From Vulcanimicrobiota bacterium (lineage in GTDB: Bacteria; Vulcanimicrobiota; Vulcanimicrobiia; Vulcanimicrobiales; Vulcanimicrobiaceae): a DNA stretch of 64,000 nt. The position numbers were made by a program, and so were the translations under genes. Below are positions 41,215-50,119 of this stretch, one piece after another (position 1 is the stretch's first letter; each line of letters begins with the position of its first letter). The notes under the pieces were generated by a model, which worked only from the letters and a program-made list of their open reading frames with translations, was not told the DNA's origin and did not search any database. The DNA lies in contig CAWGBN010000007.1 in NCBI GenBank assembly GCA_963820825.1, positions 32,001 through 96,000 on the forward strand. Reading direction: 5' to 3'.

Positions 41215-41657
41215 GCCGTGGCCTTTCCGGATCGGCGGGCATTTGCCTCGTCGATCTCGAGCTCTTCGCGCCGCGCCTCCTCGAGCTCGAACGCGTGCCG
41301 GCGCCGCTCCTTCAGCCGTTCGATAACACGCCGTTCGCGGCGCGCCGTGGCGAGCGCCTTACCCGCGATTTCGCACTCCGCCTCGAGCTGCGCGCAGCGC
41401 CGCTGCGCGCGTTCGATCGTCCGTACCAGCGATCGCAGATCGGCGTCGTAGAGGCGCGCCTCGCTCGTACGTCCCGTACGGCCCGCATCAACGAGCAGAT
41501 TCGTGATGCGCGCTCGCGCGTTGGCCAGCCGTTCGAATTCGCGCCGGCATTGCTCGACTGCGTGCCGGCGCGCCGCGAATATCGCGAGCCTCTCCCGTTC
41601 GACGCGCTCGCGCGCCTCGAGCAGCGGCTGAAGAGCGAAGAGAAACTGCGCCGTCAT
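41211..41657 (-). CDS. fliJ: Flagellar export chaperone FliJ-like
   Basis: F.F.LQPLL..R, coiled coil, IERLKERR, ELEIDE. Confidence 0.75.
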   Translation of the reverse strand: MTAQFLFALQPLLEARERVERERLAIFAARRHAVEQCRREFERLANARARITNLLVDAGRTGRTSEARLYDADLRSLVRTIERAQRRCAQLEAECEIAGKALATARRERRVIERLKERRRHAFELEEARREELEIDEANARRSGKATA

Positions 41658-41684
41658 AGCGCATGAAACTCCCGCCGCCCGGCG

Positions 41685-42878
41685 TTATCGAGCCAGCTGG
41701 CTGCGTTCTCTTCCGACCGAGACGAGTTCGATCGGAACGTCGAGCAGCTCGCGCACGCGATCCACGTACTCGCGCGCCGCCTTCGGCAGATCGGCGATGC
41801 TTCGGCAGTTCTCGACCGGCTCGCTCCAGCCGGGAAGCTCTTCGATCTCGAGCTCCAGCTCCGGCGCAGCCGCCTCGGCAAAGGAGACCGCTCGGCCGCC
41901 GAGGCGATAACCGGTGACGATCGCGACGCGTTCGAACCCGGTGAGCACGTCGAGCTTGGTAATGACTAGACTCGTCAGACCATTGAGTGCGACGGCATAC
42001 CGTCCGGCGGCGGCATCGAGCCAACCGCAACGGCGCGGACGCCCCGTCACCGTGCCGAACTCGCCGCCCTGCCGGCGCAGCCGTTCGCCCCGCTCGTCGT
42101 TCAGTTCCGACGGGAACGGTCCGCCGCCGACGCGCGTGCAGTAGGCCTTGAGCACGCCGATCACACGTCCGATGGCGGTCGGCCCGATTCCAAGCCCGGT
42201 GCACGCTCCGCCGGCGATCGTGTGCGAACTCGTCACGTACGGATAGGTTCCGTAACCGACGTCCAGGAGCGATCCCTGCGCACCCTCGAGCAGGACGCGC
42301 TTCCCCCGCGCGAGCCGGTCGTGGATGTAGGCGACACCGTCGACCACGTGCGAGGCGAGCCGCCGCATCGCCGCCTTCGTCTCGCCGTCGATTTCGCCGT
42401 TTCCGTGAACCAAGTCGGCGAACCGAAGGCCCGTACGCGCGACCCGGTCGACGTACGCGGGGCCGATGCCGCGCCCCGTAGTTCCGATTGCGTTGGCACG
42501 CGCGGTCTCGCCGGCTCGATCGCGTTCGACGTGGTGCGGAAAGACGACGTGCGCGCGATCGGAGATCTTCACCCGGCCGATATCGATGCCGATCGCGGCG
42601 AGTGCGTCGAGCTCCTCGAGCAGCGTCTGCAAGTTGACGACGGTGCCCCCACCGACGAAGAGCTCGGCGTGCGAGTGCATGACGCCCGATGGAACGATCC
42701 GCAAGGCGAGCTCGCGATCCCCGACGACGATCGAATGGCCGGCGTTATCCCCGCCGCCGAATCGTGCGACCACGTCGTACTCCGCCGCGTACAGGTCGAC
42801 GATCCGTCCTTTGCCCTCGTCGCCCCACTGCAAGCCGACGATGATGTCCGCGCGCGAGGCCGCTCCGTTACGGGACAA
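41685..42878 (-). CDS. purA: Adenylosuccinate synthetase
   Basis: QWGDEGKG, NAGHS, EGAQG, GTYPYVTSS, EFGTVTGRPRRCGW; probable TTG at 42878 after GGAG. Confidence 0.96.
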   Translation of the reverse strand: MSRNGAASRADIIVGLQWGDEGKGRIVDLYAAEYDVVARFGGGDNAGHSIVVGDRELALRIVPSGVMHSHAELFVGGGTVVNLQTLLEELDALAAIGIDIGRVKISDRAHVVFPHHVERDRAGETARANAIGTTGRGIGPAYVDRVARTGLRFADLVHGNGEIDGETKAAMRRLASHVVDGVAYIHDRLARGKRVLLEGAQGSLLDVGYGTYPYVTSSHTIAGGACTGLGIGPTAIGRVIGVLKAYCTRVGGGPFPSELNDERGERLRRQGGEFGTVTGRPRRCGWLDAAAGRYAVALNGLTSLVITKLDVLTGFERVAIVTGYRLGGRAVSFAEAAAPELELEIEELPGWSEPVENCRSIADLPKAAREYVDRVRELLDVPIELVSVGRERSQLAR

Positions 42879-43815
42879 AGTTCTCTCCGTCGACCGCACC
42901 GTACGGATCGTGCAGCCCGTTTGACGAGTCGAGCGTCGCAATTGGTTTGGCCCGAGGGTAGGCCATCACCCGAACGCTCAATCCCGCCTGCGTAATATAC
43001 GCCTGCGTATTGGCCTTATTGATGGTGATGTGGATCGGCTGCTTGTAGAAGATCCCGAACTCGCCGGAGATCTTCTCGTAGGGCGGATCGAGCACGTAGA
43101 CCTTATCCGCGGTAACGTCGCAGACGAGCAACGCGCCGTGCGCGTCGATCGCCATGCCGTACGGAAACTTGAACTTCGGCTTGAGCGTCGTGGCGTGGCA
43201 ACCGCTCAAGCCGCCTTTGAACTTCACGATCCGGCCGTAGTATTGGTTGGTCGTATAGTCGACGAAGACGGTCCCTTCGTGATTGACGGCGACGCCCGTA
43301 ACGAGGTCGCCGCTGTCGAGCGCGCAAGTCGCGATGACCGCGTTCTTCTTCTGCGCGTACTCGTTGACGTAGTGTCCGGTGTAGTCGGCCTCGTAGACGT
43401 TTCCCGCACCGTCGGTCGTCACGCTGACCGGCGAGGTCACCTTCGCGCTGTAGGTAAAGGTCGGCGATTTCCCGGGAAGCTTGTACTCGACGATCGAGTC
43501 TTTTCCGGTCTGCTTGGCGCTGGTGACGTAAAGGTTTCCCTTGTCGTCAACCCAGTTGCCCCACGGGTGACCGACGCCGTCGATGATCGTACCGACCTTC
43601 TTCCAGGTTCCGTTTGCGAGAATCTCGATCGCTTTGTGGCTGAAGTCGGTGACGAAAAGATGCTGCGCCAGAAGATCCGGTTCGCCGCCCATTGCCTGCG
43701 GCGCGCGCGATATCGCCGCGCTCGCACTTGGAAGTCCGGCTCGCTGCATCGTGCCGCCGTTGCATCCGGCGACGGTTATCAGCGCCGCAATTGCCGTAGC
43801 CGTGAGAAGTCGCAT
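42868..43815 (-). CDS. NHL-like beta-propeller lipoprotein, paralog of 8220-9287
   Basis: Lipobox VAGC; shared GNWVD, NVYEADY, VNEYAQ, VIA.C motifs. Confidence 0.8.
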   Translation of the reverse strand: MRLLTATAIAALITVAGCNGGTMQRAGLPSASAAISRAPQAMGGEPDLLAQHLFVTDFSHKAIEILANGTWKKVGTIIDGVGHPWGNWVDDKGNLYVTSAKQTGKDSIVEYKLPGKSPTFTYSAKVTSPVSVTTDGAGNVYEADYTGHYVNEYAQKKNAVIATCALDSGDLVTGVAVNHEGTVFVDYTTNQYYGRIVKFKGGLSGCHATTLKPKFKFPYGMAIDAHGALLVCDVTADKVYVLDPPYEKISGEFGIFYKQPIHITINKANTQAYITQAGLSVRVMAYPRAKPIATLDSSNGLHDPYGAVDGENFVP

Positions 43816-43845
43816 AGCTCGCCCCTTCGGGGCCGGCGGTGAAGC

Positions 43846-45177
43846 TTACTCCGTGGTGAACTCGAGGTCGCTTGTGTCGCCCATCGGAATTTCGGGGGTG
43901 CCTTGGAACTGCGTCATCACGAACTCGGAGAAGAGCGCGTTGGGCCAACCGAAATCGCGCCGCGTGAACTGCTGCGGGTTATCGGGATTGAACGATTCGT
44001 GCAGCAAGTGGTCGCCTGGGTCGCTTGCGAGAAGCTGACCGAGCACGTCCTGTTTCTCGGCGCCGCTCGTCGCGGTCATTCCTTCGACGATGAGCGCCAA
44101 CGGCCAAACCCAATGGTCCGGCGTGTGGTAACTGCCGATCCCGCGCGCGATGTGCCCTTGATAGAACGACGGATTGTCTTGCGAAAGCAAGAACCGGCGC
44201 GTGTTGTCGTAGTACCGGTCGCCGGGCGTGGTATATCCGAAGTACGGTGCGGCGAGCAGGCTCGGAATGTTCGCGTCGTCGGTCAAAATCGCGTGACCGA
44301 GCCCGTCGACTTCGTACGCGTAGATGTAACCGTACTTCGGCACGAGCACGAGGCCGTAGGTTTGAATGCCCCGCTGCACTTCGTCGCGCAGCGCTTTTGC
44401 CTCGCGCGCCTTCATCACGTTGTGGTAGACGTTGAGCTCGATCTCGGCCATGTCGCCGAGCGCGACGACCGCGAACATCTCCGATGGAATCAAGAAATTA
44501 TACTGGCAAGCATCGTCGGATGGACGGAAACCCGTCCAGATCATTCCGGTATAGCCGACGGAGTTTCCGCGTCCCCCGTTGGGGAGCTCCTTATGGGTAT
44601 AGCGGGAGTCGCGCGGATGGTTCTGCTCCCTTTCCATCGTCGCCAGCACGCCGTCGAGCATCGTGGAAAAGTCGCCGGTAAAGATCGCCGTATCGCCGGT
44701 CGTCTTCCAATAGCTCCACGCCAACGCCGTCGGATAGGCCAGCGAGTCGAGCTCGAACTTCTGCTCCCATACGCGATAGTCCAGCGTGTAGGCGTTCGCA
44801 TAGGGATCGATCTGCACGTACTTCACCATGCGGGCAATGATCCCGCGCAGCAGGCTTCGCACGTCCGGATCGTCTTTGGCAAAGAAGAGATACGGGCGCG
44901 CTTGCGCGCTGGCGTCGCGCAGCCACTCCGCCGGAATATCCCCGGTCATGATGTAGGCCGTGCCGTCGGGCGCGTATTGGGCGAGCTTGCTCGTGTCGAG
45001 CAGTGCCGCGCGGAACATCTCCTGGAGGTGCCCGTTCGGGCTGCGATACTGCGCCGCGGCCTGCTCGATGGATCGCAGTTCGAGCGCGACGGCCGGCGGC
45101 GGAGCGAAGCTCGTCCCGGCACAGAGTGCCGCGACGAGGAGGTTGGTAACGAAGCGTCGGCCCACTAGGCGGGCCAA
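43846..45177 (-). CDS. Glycoside hydrolase family 125 (alpha-1,6-mannosidase-like), secreted
   Basis: TGDIPAEWLRDA, WEQKFELDS, FRPSDD, DDANIPSL, FGWPNALF. Confidence 0.9.
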   Translation of the reverse strand: MARLVGRRFVTNLLVAALCAGTSFAPPPAVALELRSIEQAAAQYRSPNGHLQEMFRAALLDTSKLAQYAPDGTAYIMTGDIPAEWLRDASAQARPYLFFAKDDPDVRSLLRGIIARMVKYVQIDPYANAYTLDYRVWEQKFELDSLAYPTALAWSYWKTTGDTAIFTGDFSTMLDGVLATMEREQNHPRDSRYTHKELPNGGRGNSVGYTGMIWTGFRPSDDACQYNFLIPSEMFAVVALGDMAEIELNVYHNVMKAREAKALRDEVQRGIQTYGLVLVPKYGYIYAYEVDGLGHAILTDDANIPSLLAAPYFGYTTPGDRYYDNTRRFLLSQDNPSFYQGHIARGIGSYHTPDHWVWPLALIVEGMTATSGAEKQDVLGQLLASDPGDHLLHESFNPDNPQQFTRRDFGWPNALFSEFVMTQFQGTPEIPMGDTSDLEFTTE

Positions 45178-45677
45178 GTCCCGTGTGCGTACAAAGCCGG
45201 CAACTCCCGATAGCGCCCTAGATAATCGAGCCCATAGCCCACGACGAATACGTCGGGGACCTCGAACGCCCTGTACTTGATTTCAATGTTCGCAATTCTC
45301 CTGTGCGGGCGATCGAGCAGGGTGCAGACGGCCAACGAAGCCGGGCCTCGCTCGAGCAGCCGTTTGAGAACGTACTGGAGCGTCAGACCGGTGTCGATCG
45401 TATCGTGAACCAGGACGACGTGGCGGTTGCGGATCGCCGTCGTGACGTCCCGCGCCAAGACGATCCCATCCCCCTCGCCGCAGCGATTGACCGAGAGAAA
45501 GTCGACGTCGTGCGGTATCGTCACGGCCCGTGCCAGGTCGGCGAGAAAGGTCGCCGCAGCGTCGAGCAATCCGACCATGAGCGGCCGTTTACCCGCATAA
45601 TCCTGCGATATGTCCGCCCCGATGGCGGCGACGCGGCCCGCAATCGATTCCGAATCGAAGAGCGGGTCGCCGATCAT
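45165..45677 (-). CDS. hpt: Hypoxanthine phosphoribosyltransferase-like protein with atypical active-site motifs
   Basis: VHDTIDTGLTL PRPP-like loop, FVVGYGLDY, YRELP; ATGA overlap with the upstream gene. Confidence 0.75.
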   Translation of the reverse strand: MIGDPLFDSESIAGRVAAIGADISQDYAGKRPLMVGLLDAAATFLADLARAVTIPHDVDFLSVNRCGEGDGIVLARDVTTAIRNRHVVLVHDTIDTGLTLQYVLKRLLERGPASLAVCTLLDRPHRRIANIEIKYRAFEVPDVFVVGYGLDYLGRYRELPALYAHGTWPA

Positions 45678-45997
45678 GACGCCTGCTTGAAGCGGGAGAA
45701 TACCCGCTCGACGTCGCGCCGCGTGAAGAGCTTGACGTTCACTCGCGGATGGTGCCATCTCATCAAGCGCAGCTTGCGATTCTTGCGCGTGTTACGAACG
45801 GGTTTTGCGACCGTCACCTCGATGTAGAGGTCGTATTCGGGGAGATAGAAATCGGGGGTGAAGAACTCGACGGGCCGCCCGTGCTGGTTCCACACGATCG
45901 GGAAACTGCGCGGTTCGTAATGCCAGATGATTCGGTAGAAGTCGAAGATGCGCGCCAGCTCGGCTTCGCTAGCATGTGCGAACGGGGCCCGGGGCAT
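45674..45997 (-). CDS. Small PD-(D/E)XK/TnsA-like nuclease-fold protein
   Basis: FAHASEAE, YEP, FTPDFYLP, YIEVT. Confidence 0.7.
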   Translation of the reverse strand: MPRAPFAHASEAELARIFDFYRIIWHYEPRSFPIVWNQHGRPVEFFTPDFYLPEYDLYIEVTVAKPVRNTRKNRKLRLMRWHHPRVNVKLFTRRDVERVFSRFKQAS

Positions 45998-46032
45998 AGC
46001 CACGGACCATTATCTACGACGAGCGCGCCACG

Positions 46033-46740
46033 TTATCCCGCCGGAACGCGCAAGACGAAACGCGCCCCGCCCAGCGGCGACGGTTCGACCCGCACGTCAC
46101 CGCCCGCGCGCTCCGCGATTGCCTTAACCACGGCCAAGCCGATTCCGCTTCCGGCTCGTGCCGGCGTCGTACCGCGCACGCCCATGGCGAAGATTGCGTC
46201 GCACGCCTCGGGCGCGATTCCGCCGCCGTCGTCTTCGACCCGAACGGCGACGAAACGCTCCTCCCGCGCGCACGATACCTCGACGGTGCCCTGCTCGCGA
46301 CCGTGCTTTACCGCGTTCTCGACGAGATTGACGAGCGCGTGAACGAAGGCGTCGCCGTCGACGCTCGCGTGGAGTGCCTCGGGAAGACCCAGGCGTATCG
46401 TAATTCGGCGCCGCGTGGCCAGCGGCGAGAGTATCTCGATCGTCGCGCGTATCTGTTCGACGACGTTGCAGACGACTCGCTCGCCGGGAGCGCCAAGTTC
46501 GAGCGGCGAGAACTCGAGCAACCCGTCGACGAGCCGCCCGAGCCGAAGCGCCTCTCGGCGCGCGGTCTGCAAGAATCGGCGCGCGGTCGGCGGATCGCAC
46601 TCCCCATCGAGCACGGTCTCCAGGTATCCGCTGATCGAGGCGAGCGGCGTTCGCAGTTCGTGCCCGAGCGTCGCCAGCAGGGCGCGCGAGCCGCGACGGC
46701 CGCCGGCGCTATCCGCGTACGAACTTATAGCCGAATCCAT
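46033..46740 (-). CDS. Histidine kinase with HisKA and HATPase only (no sensor or TM)
   Basis: HELRTPL, NLVENAVKH, DDGGG, GSGIGLA; probable ATG at 46740. Confidence 0.85.
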   Translation of the reverse strand: MDSAISSYADSAGGRRGSRALLATLGHELRTPLASISGYLETVLDGECDPPTARRFLQTARREALRLGRLVDGLLEFSPLELGAPGERVVCNVVEQIRATIEILSPLATRRRITIRLGLPEALHASVDGDAFVHALVNLVENAVKHGREQGTVEVSCAREERFVAVRVEDDGGGIAPEACDAIFAMGVRGTTPARAGSGIGLAVVKAIAERAGGDVRVEPSPLGGARFVLRVPAG

Positions 46741-47395
46741 GGACGGTGCGGAGCAGCGAGAGCCGCCACGGCTCCTCGATCTTCGTGCGCAAACGATGGA
46801 TGTGGACGTCGATCGTCCGCTCGTCGCCGCTGAAGTCGAATCCCCAGACCCGTTGGAGGAGCCAGTCGCGCGAGAGCGCGACGCCGGCATTTCCGGCCAG
46901 CTCCATGAGCAGCGCAAACTCGCGCGGCTTGAGCTTCACGTCGACGCCGTCGACGCGCGCCTCGCGAGCACGAGCGTCGATCTCCAATCGTCCGAAGCGC
47001 AGCACCGGACTGGGCGGCGGAAGCGCGCGCCCGCTGCGGCGCAGAATCGACTTGATGCGCGCAACGACCTCGCGTGCGGAGAACGGCTTGGCGATGTAAT
47101 CGTCCGCACCCAGCTCGAAGCCGAGAATGCGATCGATCTCCTCGGTGCGCGCGGTCAGCAGGACGATCGGCAGCGTTCGTTCCTCGCGGCGCAGCGTCCG
47201 CACGACGTCGTAACCATCGACGCCGGGCAAGCCGACGTCGAGCACGAGCAAGTCGGCGGCTCCGCGCGCGTGGCGCAATGCGGCATGACCGTTGGAGAGG
47301 CCGACGACCGCGAGGCCCTCGCGCTGCAAATGATGGGTGAGCAGTTCGCGAATCGCGCTATCGTCTTCGGCGACGAGAACGGTTGGCGTCGACAT
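46709..47395 (-). CDS. OmpR/PhoB family response regulator
   Basis: AEDD, LDVGLP, GADDYIAKPF, RTIDVHI, TVHGFGYK. Confidence 0.95.
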   Translation of the reverse strand: MSTPTVLVAEDDSAIRELLTHHLQREGLAVVGLSNGHAALRHARGAADLLVLDVGLPGVDGYDVVRTLRREERTLPIVLLTARTEEIDRILGFELGADDYIAKPFSAREVVARIKSILRRSGRALPPPSPVLRFGRLEIDARAREARVDGVDVKLKPREFALLMELAGNAGVALSRDWLLQRVWGFDFSGDERTIDVHIHRLRTKIEEPWRLSLLRTVHGFGYKFVRG

Positions 47396-47416
47396 GGCGG
47401 AACGAGTGCCCGCCGT

Positions 47417-47956
47417 CTAAACCGACTGAGACACCCCTATGTCATCCTTCGGCGTGTCGAAGGACGACAATGGACCGAAGCGCGCCGCATGGTCGCGCAA
47501 AACGCGATAGATCGTCGCGGCGGGGAAGCCGAGTCGTTCGAGGCGACGGGCCGCCGAGGGATATGCAATGCCGGGATTCTTGGTCAACAACCGGTCGAAG
47601 GCGGCGCTGCAGCGCGACCCCTCGTGTTCTTCGAGCGAGGATACGGCTTCGGCGGCCGCCTCGCCGTCGATCCCTTTGCGGATGAGCTCGACGACGAGAC
47701 GTTCGTTGCCGATGGGTTTGCGTTTCCGCTCCACGTAGAGCTTCGCGTAGAGACGGTCGTCGAGGAAGCCTTCGCGCTTACAGCGCTCGATCGCCGCGCG
47801 AGCGGCGGCATCGTCGAAGCCCTTGCGCTCGAGGTGCGTCCAGAGACGCGCCTCGGTGCAGCGCTGCCGCGCCAAGAACGCCAGCGCCGCACCATACGCC
47901 CTTTGAGGCGCTCGGTCGCCGCGTCGTTGTTGCTCGTCGCTCGAATGGGTAACCAT
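47417..47956 (-). CDS. recX: Regulatory protein RecX
   Basis: ALAFLAR, LERKGF, GFLDDRLYA, ELIRKGI; downstream of recA. Confidence 0.85.
   Translation of the reverse strand: MVTHSSDEQQRRGDRAPQRAYGAALAFLARQRCTEARLWTHLERKGFDDAAARAAIERCKREGFLDDRLYAKLYVERKRKPIGNERLVVELIRKGIDGEAAAEAVSSLEEHEGSRCSAAFDRLLTKNPGIAYPSAARRLERLGFPAATIYRVLRDHAARFGPLSSFDTPKDDIGVSQSV
47440..47469. repeat. REP-like hairpin inside the recX 3' end
   Basis: TGTCATCCTTCG-GCGTGT-CGAAGGACGACA. Confidence 0.6.
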
Positions 47957-48011
47957 TCCACGCTCCTCGCGCCTAGACGCGGCAGCCGATCGCTCTCAAA
48001 GGATGTCGTGA

Positions 48012-49049
48012 TTAATCCGCTACGGTGGCGGGCGCCTTGCCGTTCGTGGAGGCCGTCTTGCCGAGCGCTTCGCGAATCTTCGCTTCGATCTCCCCGGCAA
48101 GGTCGGTGTGTTCTTCGAGGAAGGCTTTCGCGTTCTCGCGTCCCTGGCCGATGCGCTGCTCGCCGTAGGTGTACCACGAGCCGCTCTTTCCGACGATGTT
48201 CTGATCGAGGGCGACGTCGAGAATCGAACCCATCTTCGAGATGCCGTGGCCGTAGGTGATATCGAACTCCGCCTGGCGGAAGGGCGGCGCGACCTTGTTC
48301 TTGACGACCTTGACCCGCGTTCGCGTGCCGACTACGTCTTGACCGACTTTGATCGTCTCGAGCTTGCGCACGTCGAGCCGCACCGATGCGTAGAACTTCA
48401 GCGCCCGGCCGCCCGAGGTTGTCTCGGGATTGCCGAACATCACGCCGACCTTCTCGCGGAGCTGGTTGATGAAGATCATTACCGTCTTGCTGCGCGAGAT
48501 CGCGGCGGTCAGCTTGCGTAACGCCTGCGACATCAAGCGCGCCTGCAACCCGACGTGTGCGTCGCCCATATCGCCTTCGAGCTCGGCTCGCGTTACCAGC
48601 GCGGCCACCGAGTCGATGACGACGACGTCGACTGCATTACTGCGCGTGAGCATCTCCGCGATCTCCAGCGCCTGTTCGCCGGTATCCGGCTGCGAGACGA
48701 GGAGATTGTCGAGATCCACGCCGAGCGCGGCGGCATAGTTTGGATCGAGAGCGTGCTCGACGTCGACGAAGGCCGCCGTTCCGCCGGTCTTCTGTGCCTC
48801 GGCGATGGCGTGGAGCGCGAGCGTCGTCTTACCGCTCGACTCCGGACCGTAGATCTCGACGATGCGCCCGCGCGGAAGGCCGCCGACGCCTAATGCCAAG
48901 TCGAGCGCGATCGAGCCCGTCGGAACGATATCAAAGGCCATTCGCTCCTGAAAATCGCCCATGCGCATGATCGAGCCTTTGCCGAACTGCCGCTCGATCT
49001 GGGCGAGCGCGTTGGTGAGGGCGAGTTGCCGTTCGTCTTCTGCTGCCAT
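48012..49049 (-). CDS. recA: Recombinase A
   Basis: [36 protein letters not shown]. Confidence 0.99.
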   Translation of the reverse strand: MAAEDERQLALTNALAQIERQFGKGSIMRMGDFQERMAFDIVPTGSIALDLALGVGGLPRGRIVEIYGPESSGKTTLALHAIAEAQKTGGTAAFVDVEHALDPNYAAALGVDLDNLLVSQPDTGEQALEIAEMLTRSNAVDVVVIDSVAALVTRAELEGDMGDAHVGLQARLMSQALRKLTAAISRSKTVMIFINQLREKVGVMFGNPETTSGGRALKFYASVRLDVRKLETIKVGQDVVGTRTRVKVVKNKVAPPFRQAEFDITYGHGISKMGSILDVALDQNIVGKSGSWYTYGEQRIGQGRENAKAFLEEHTDLAGEIEAKIREALGKTASTNGKAPATVAD

Positions 49050-49072
49050 TTGGTTCCTTTCTATTGCTTCCC

Positions 49073-50026
49073 TTACATCACGCTCTCACGTCGCTGTGCC
49101 AAGGGTATGGCATTCTGCTCGTCGTCGAAGATCGCGTCGATGAATTCGGCTGGGACGAAGGGGCGCAGGTCTTCGGCTCCCTCGCCGAGGCCCACGAACT
49201 TGATCGGTATCTCGAGCTCGTCGACGATTGCGACGAGCACGCCGCCCTTTGCCGTCGAGTCGAGCTTGGTGATGACGATTCCGGTGAGTTCGGTTGCGGC
49301 ATGAAAGAGCTTCGCTTGCGAAATGGCGTTCTGACCGTTCGTGCCGTCCACCACCAGGAGCGTTTCGGTCGGCGGCTCGCCGAGCTCGCGCTCGATCACG
49401 CGCCGAATCTTCTTGAGCTCTTCCATGAGATTGGTCTTGGTCTGAAGGCGCCCGGCCGTATCCACGAGCACGACGTCGGCGCCGCGCGCTTTGGCCGCGC
49501 GAAGGCCGTCGAAGACGACCGAGGCCGGATCGGCGCCCTCGGCACCGCGAACGATCGAGGCGCCGCTGCGTTCGGCCCAAATCGCCAACTGCTCGGCGGC
49601 CGCCGCGCGAAAGGTATCGGCGGCGACGAGCATGACCCGCTTACGATCGTGATGCAGGAGCGTCGCGAGCTTCCCGATCGTAGTCGTCTTACCGCTGCCG
49701 TTGACCCCGACGACCAAGATGACCGCCGGCTTGCGGTCGACCCGCAACGTGTCATTCGGGAGCGTCAGAAATCGCTCGACGTCCTTGCGAAAACGCGCGA
49801 TCGGCTGATCGGCCGTCGTCCACTCCTCTTGCCGCGCGACGGTCTGCAGACCGGTGAGAATCTTCTGCGTCGCAGGCACGCCGAAATCGGCCAGGATCAA
49901 CGTCTCTTCGAGTTCGTCCCAAAACTCGGGCGTCAGCGGCCGCTCGGGGCGACCCAGACGCGTAACGGCCGCGAAACTCTCGCGAGCGCGGCCGAGGGAA
50001 GAGCGCAAACGCGATAGCCAGCTCAC
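49073..50026 (-). CDS. ftsY: Signal recognition particle receptor
   Basis: [31 protein letters not shown]. Confidence 0.97.
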   Translation of the reverse strand: MSWLSRLRSSLGRARESFAAVTRLGRPERPLTPEFWDELEETLILADFGVPATQKILTGLQTVARQEEWTTADQPIARFRKDVERFLTLPNDTLRVDRKPAVILVVGVNGSGKTTTIGKLATLLHHDRKRVMLVAADTFRAAAAEQLAIWAERSGASIVRGAEGADPASVVFDGLRAAKARGADVVLVDTAGRLQTKTNLMEELKKIRRVIERELGEPPTETLLVVDGTNGQNAISQAKLFHAATELTGIVITKLDSTAKGGVLVAIVDELEIPIKFVGLGEGAEDLRPFVPAEFIDAIFDDEQNAIPLAQRRESVM

Positions 50027-50053
50027 CGCGCGCCCTTCATCTCCACGATCTTG

Positions 50054-50083
50054 ACTCTACCATGCGAACGTACGTTCGGTCAA
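50054..50083 (-). promoter_or_regulatory. SOS-type promoter TTGACC-N18-TAGAGT with LexA (Cheo) box CGAACGTACGTTCG in the spacer
   Basis: Perfect palindrome at 50065-50078 matching GAAC-N4-GTTC; upstream of ftsY-recA-recX. Confidence 0.85.
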
Positions 50084-50119
50084 ATCATCGCCGTCCCGTT
50101 GCCGGCGTTGGGCGGTTTT

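Noticed and set aside
45674..45997. Tn7 TnsA transposase or mobile element
   Set aside because: No tnsB/tnsC, no terminal repeats, too short, and embedded in a host-like operon.
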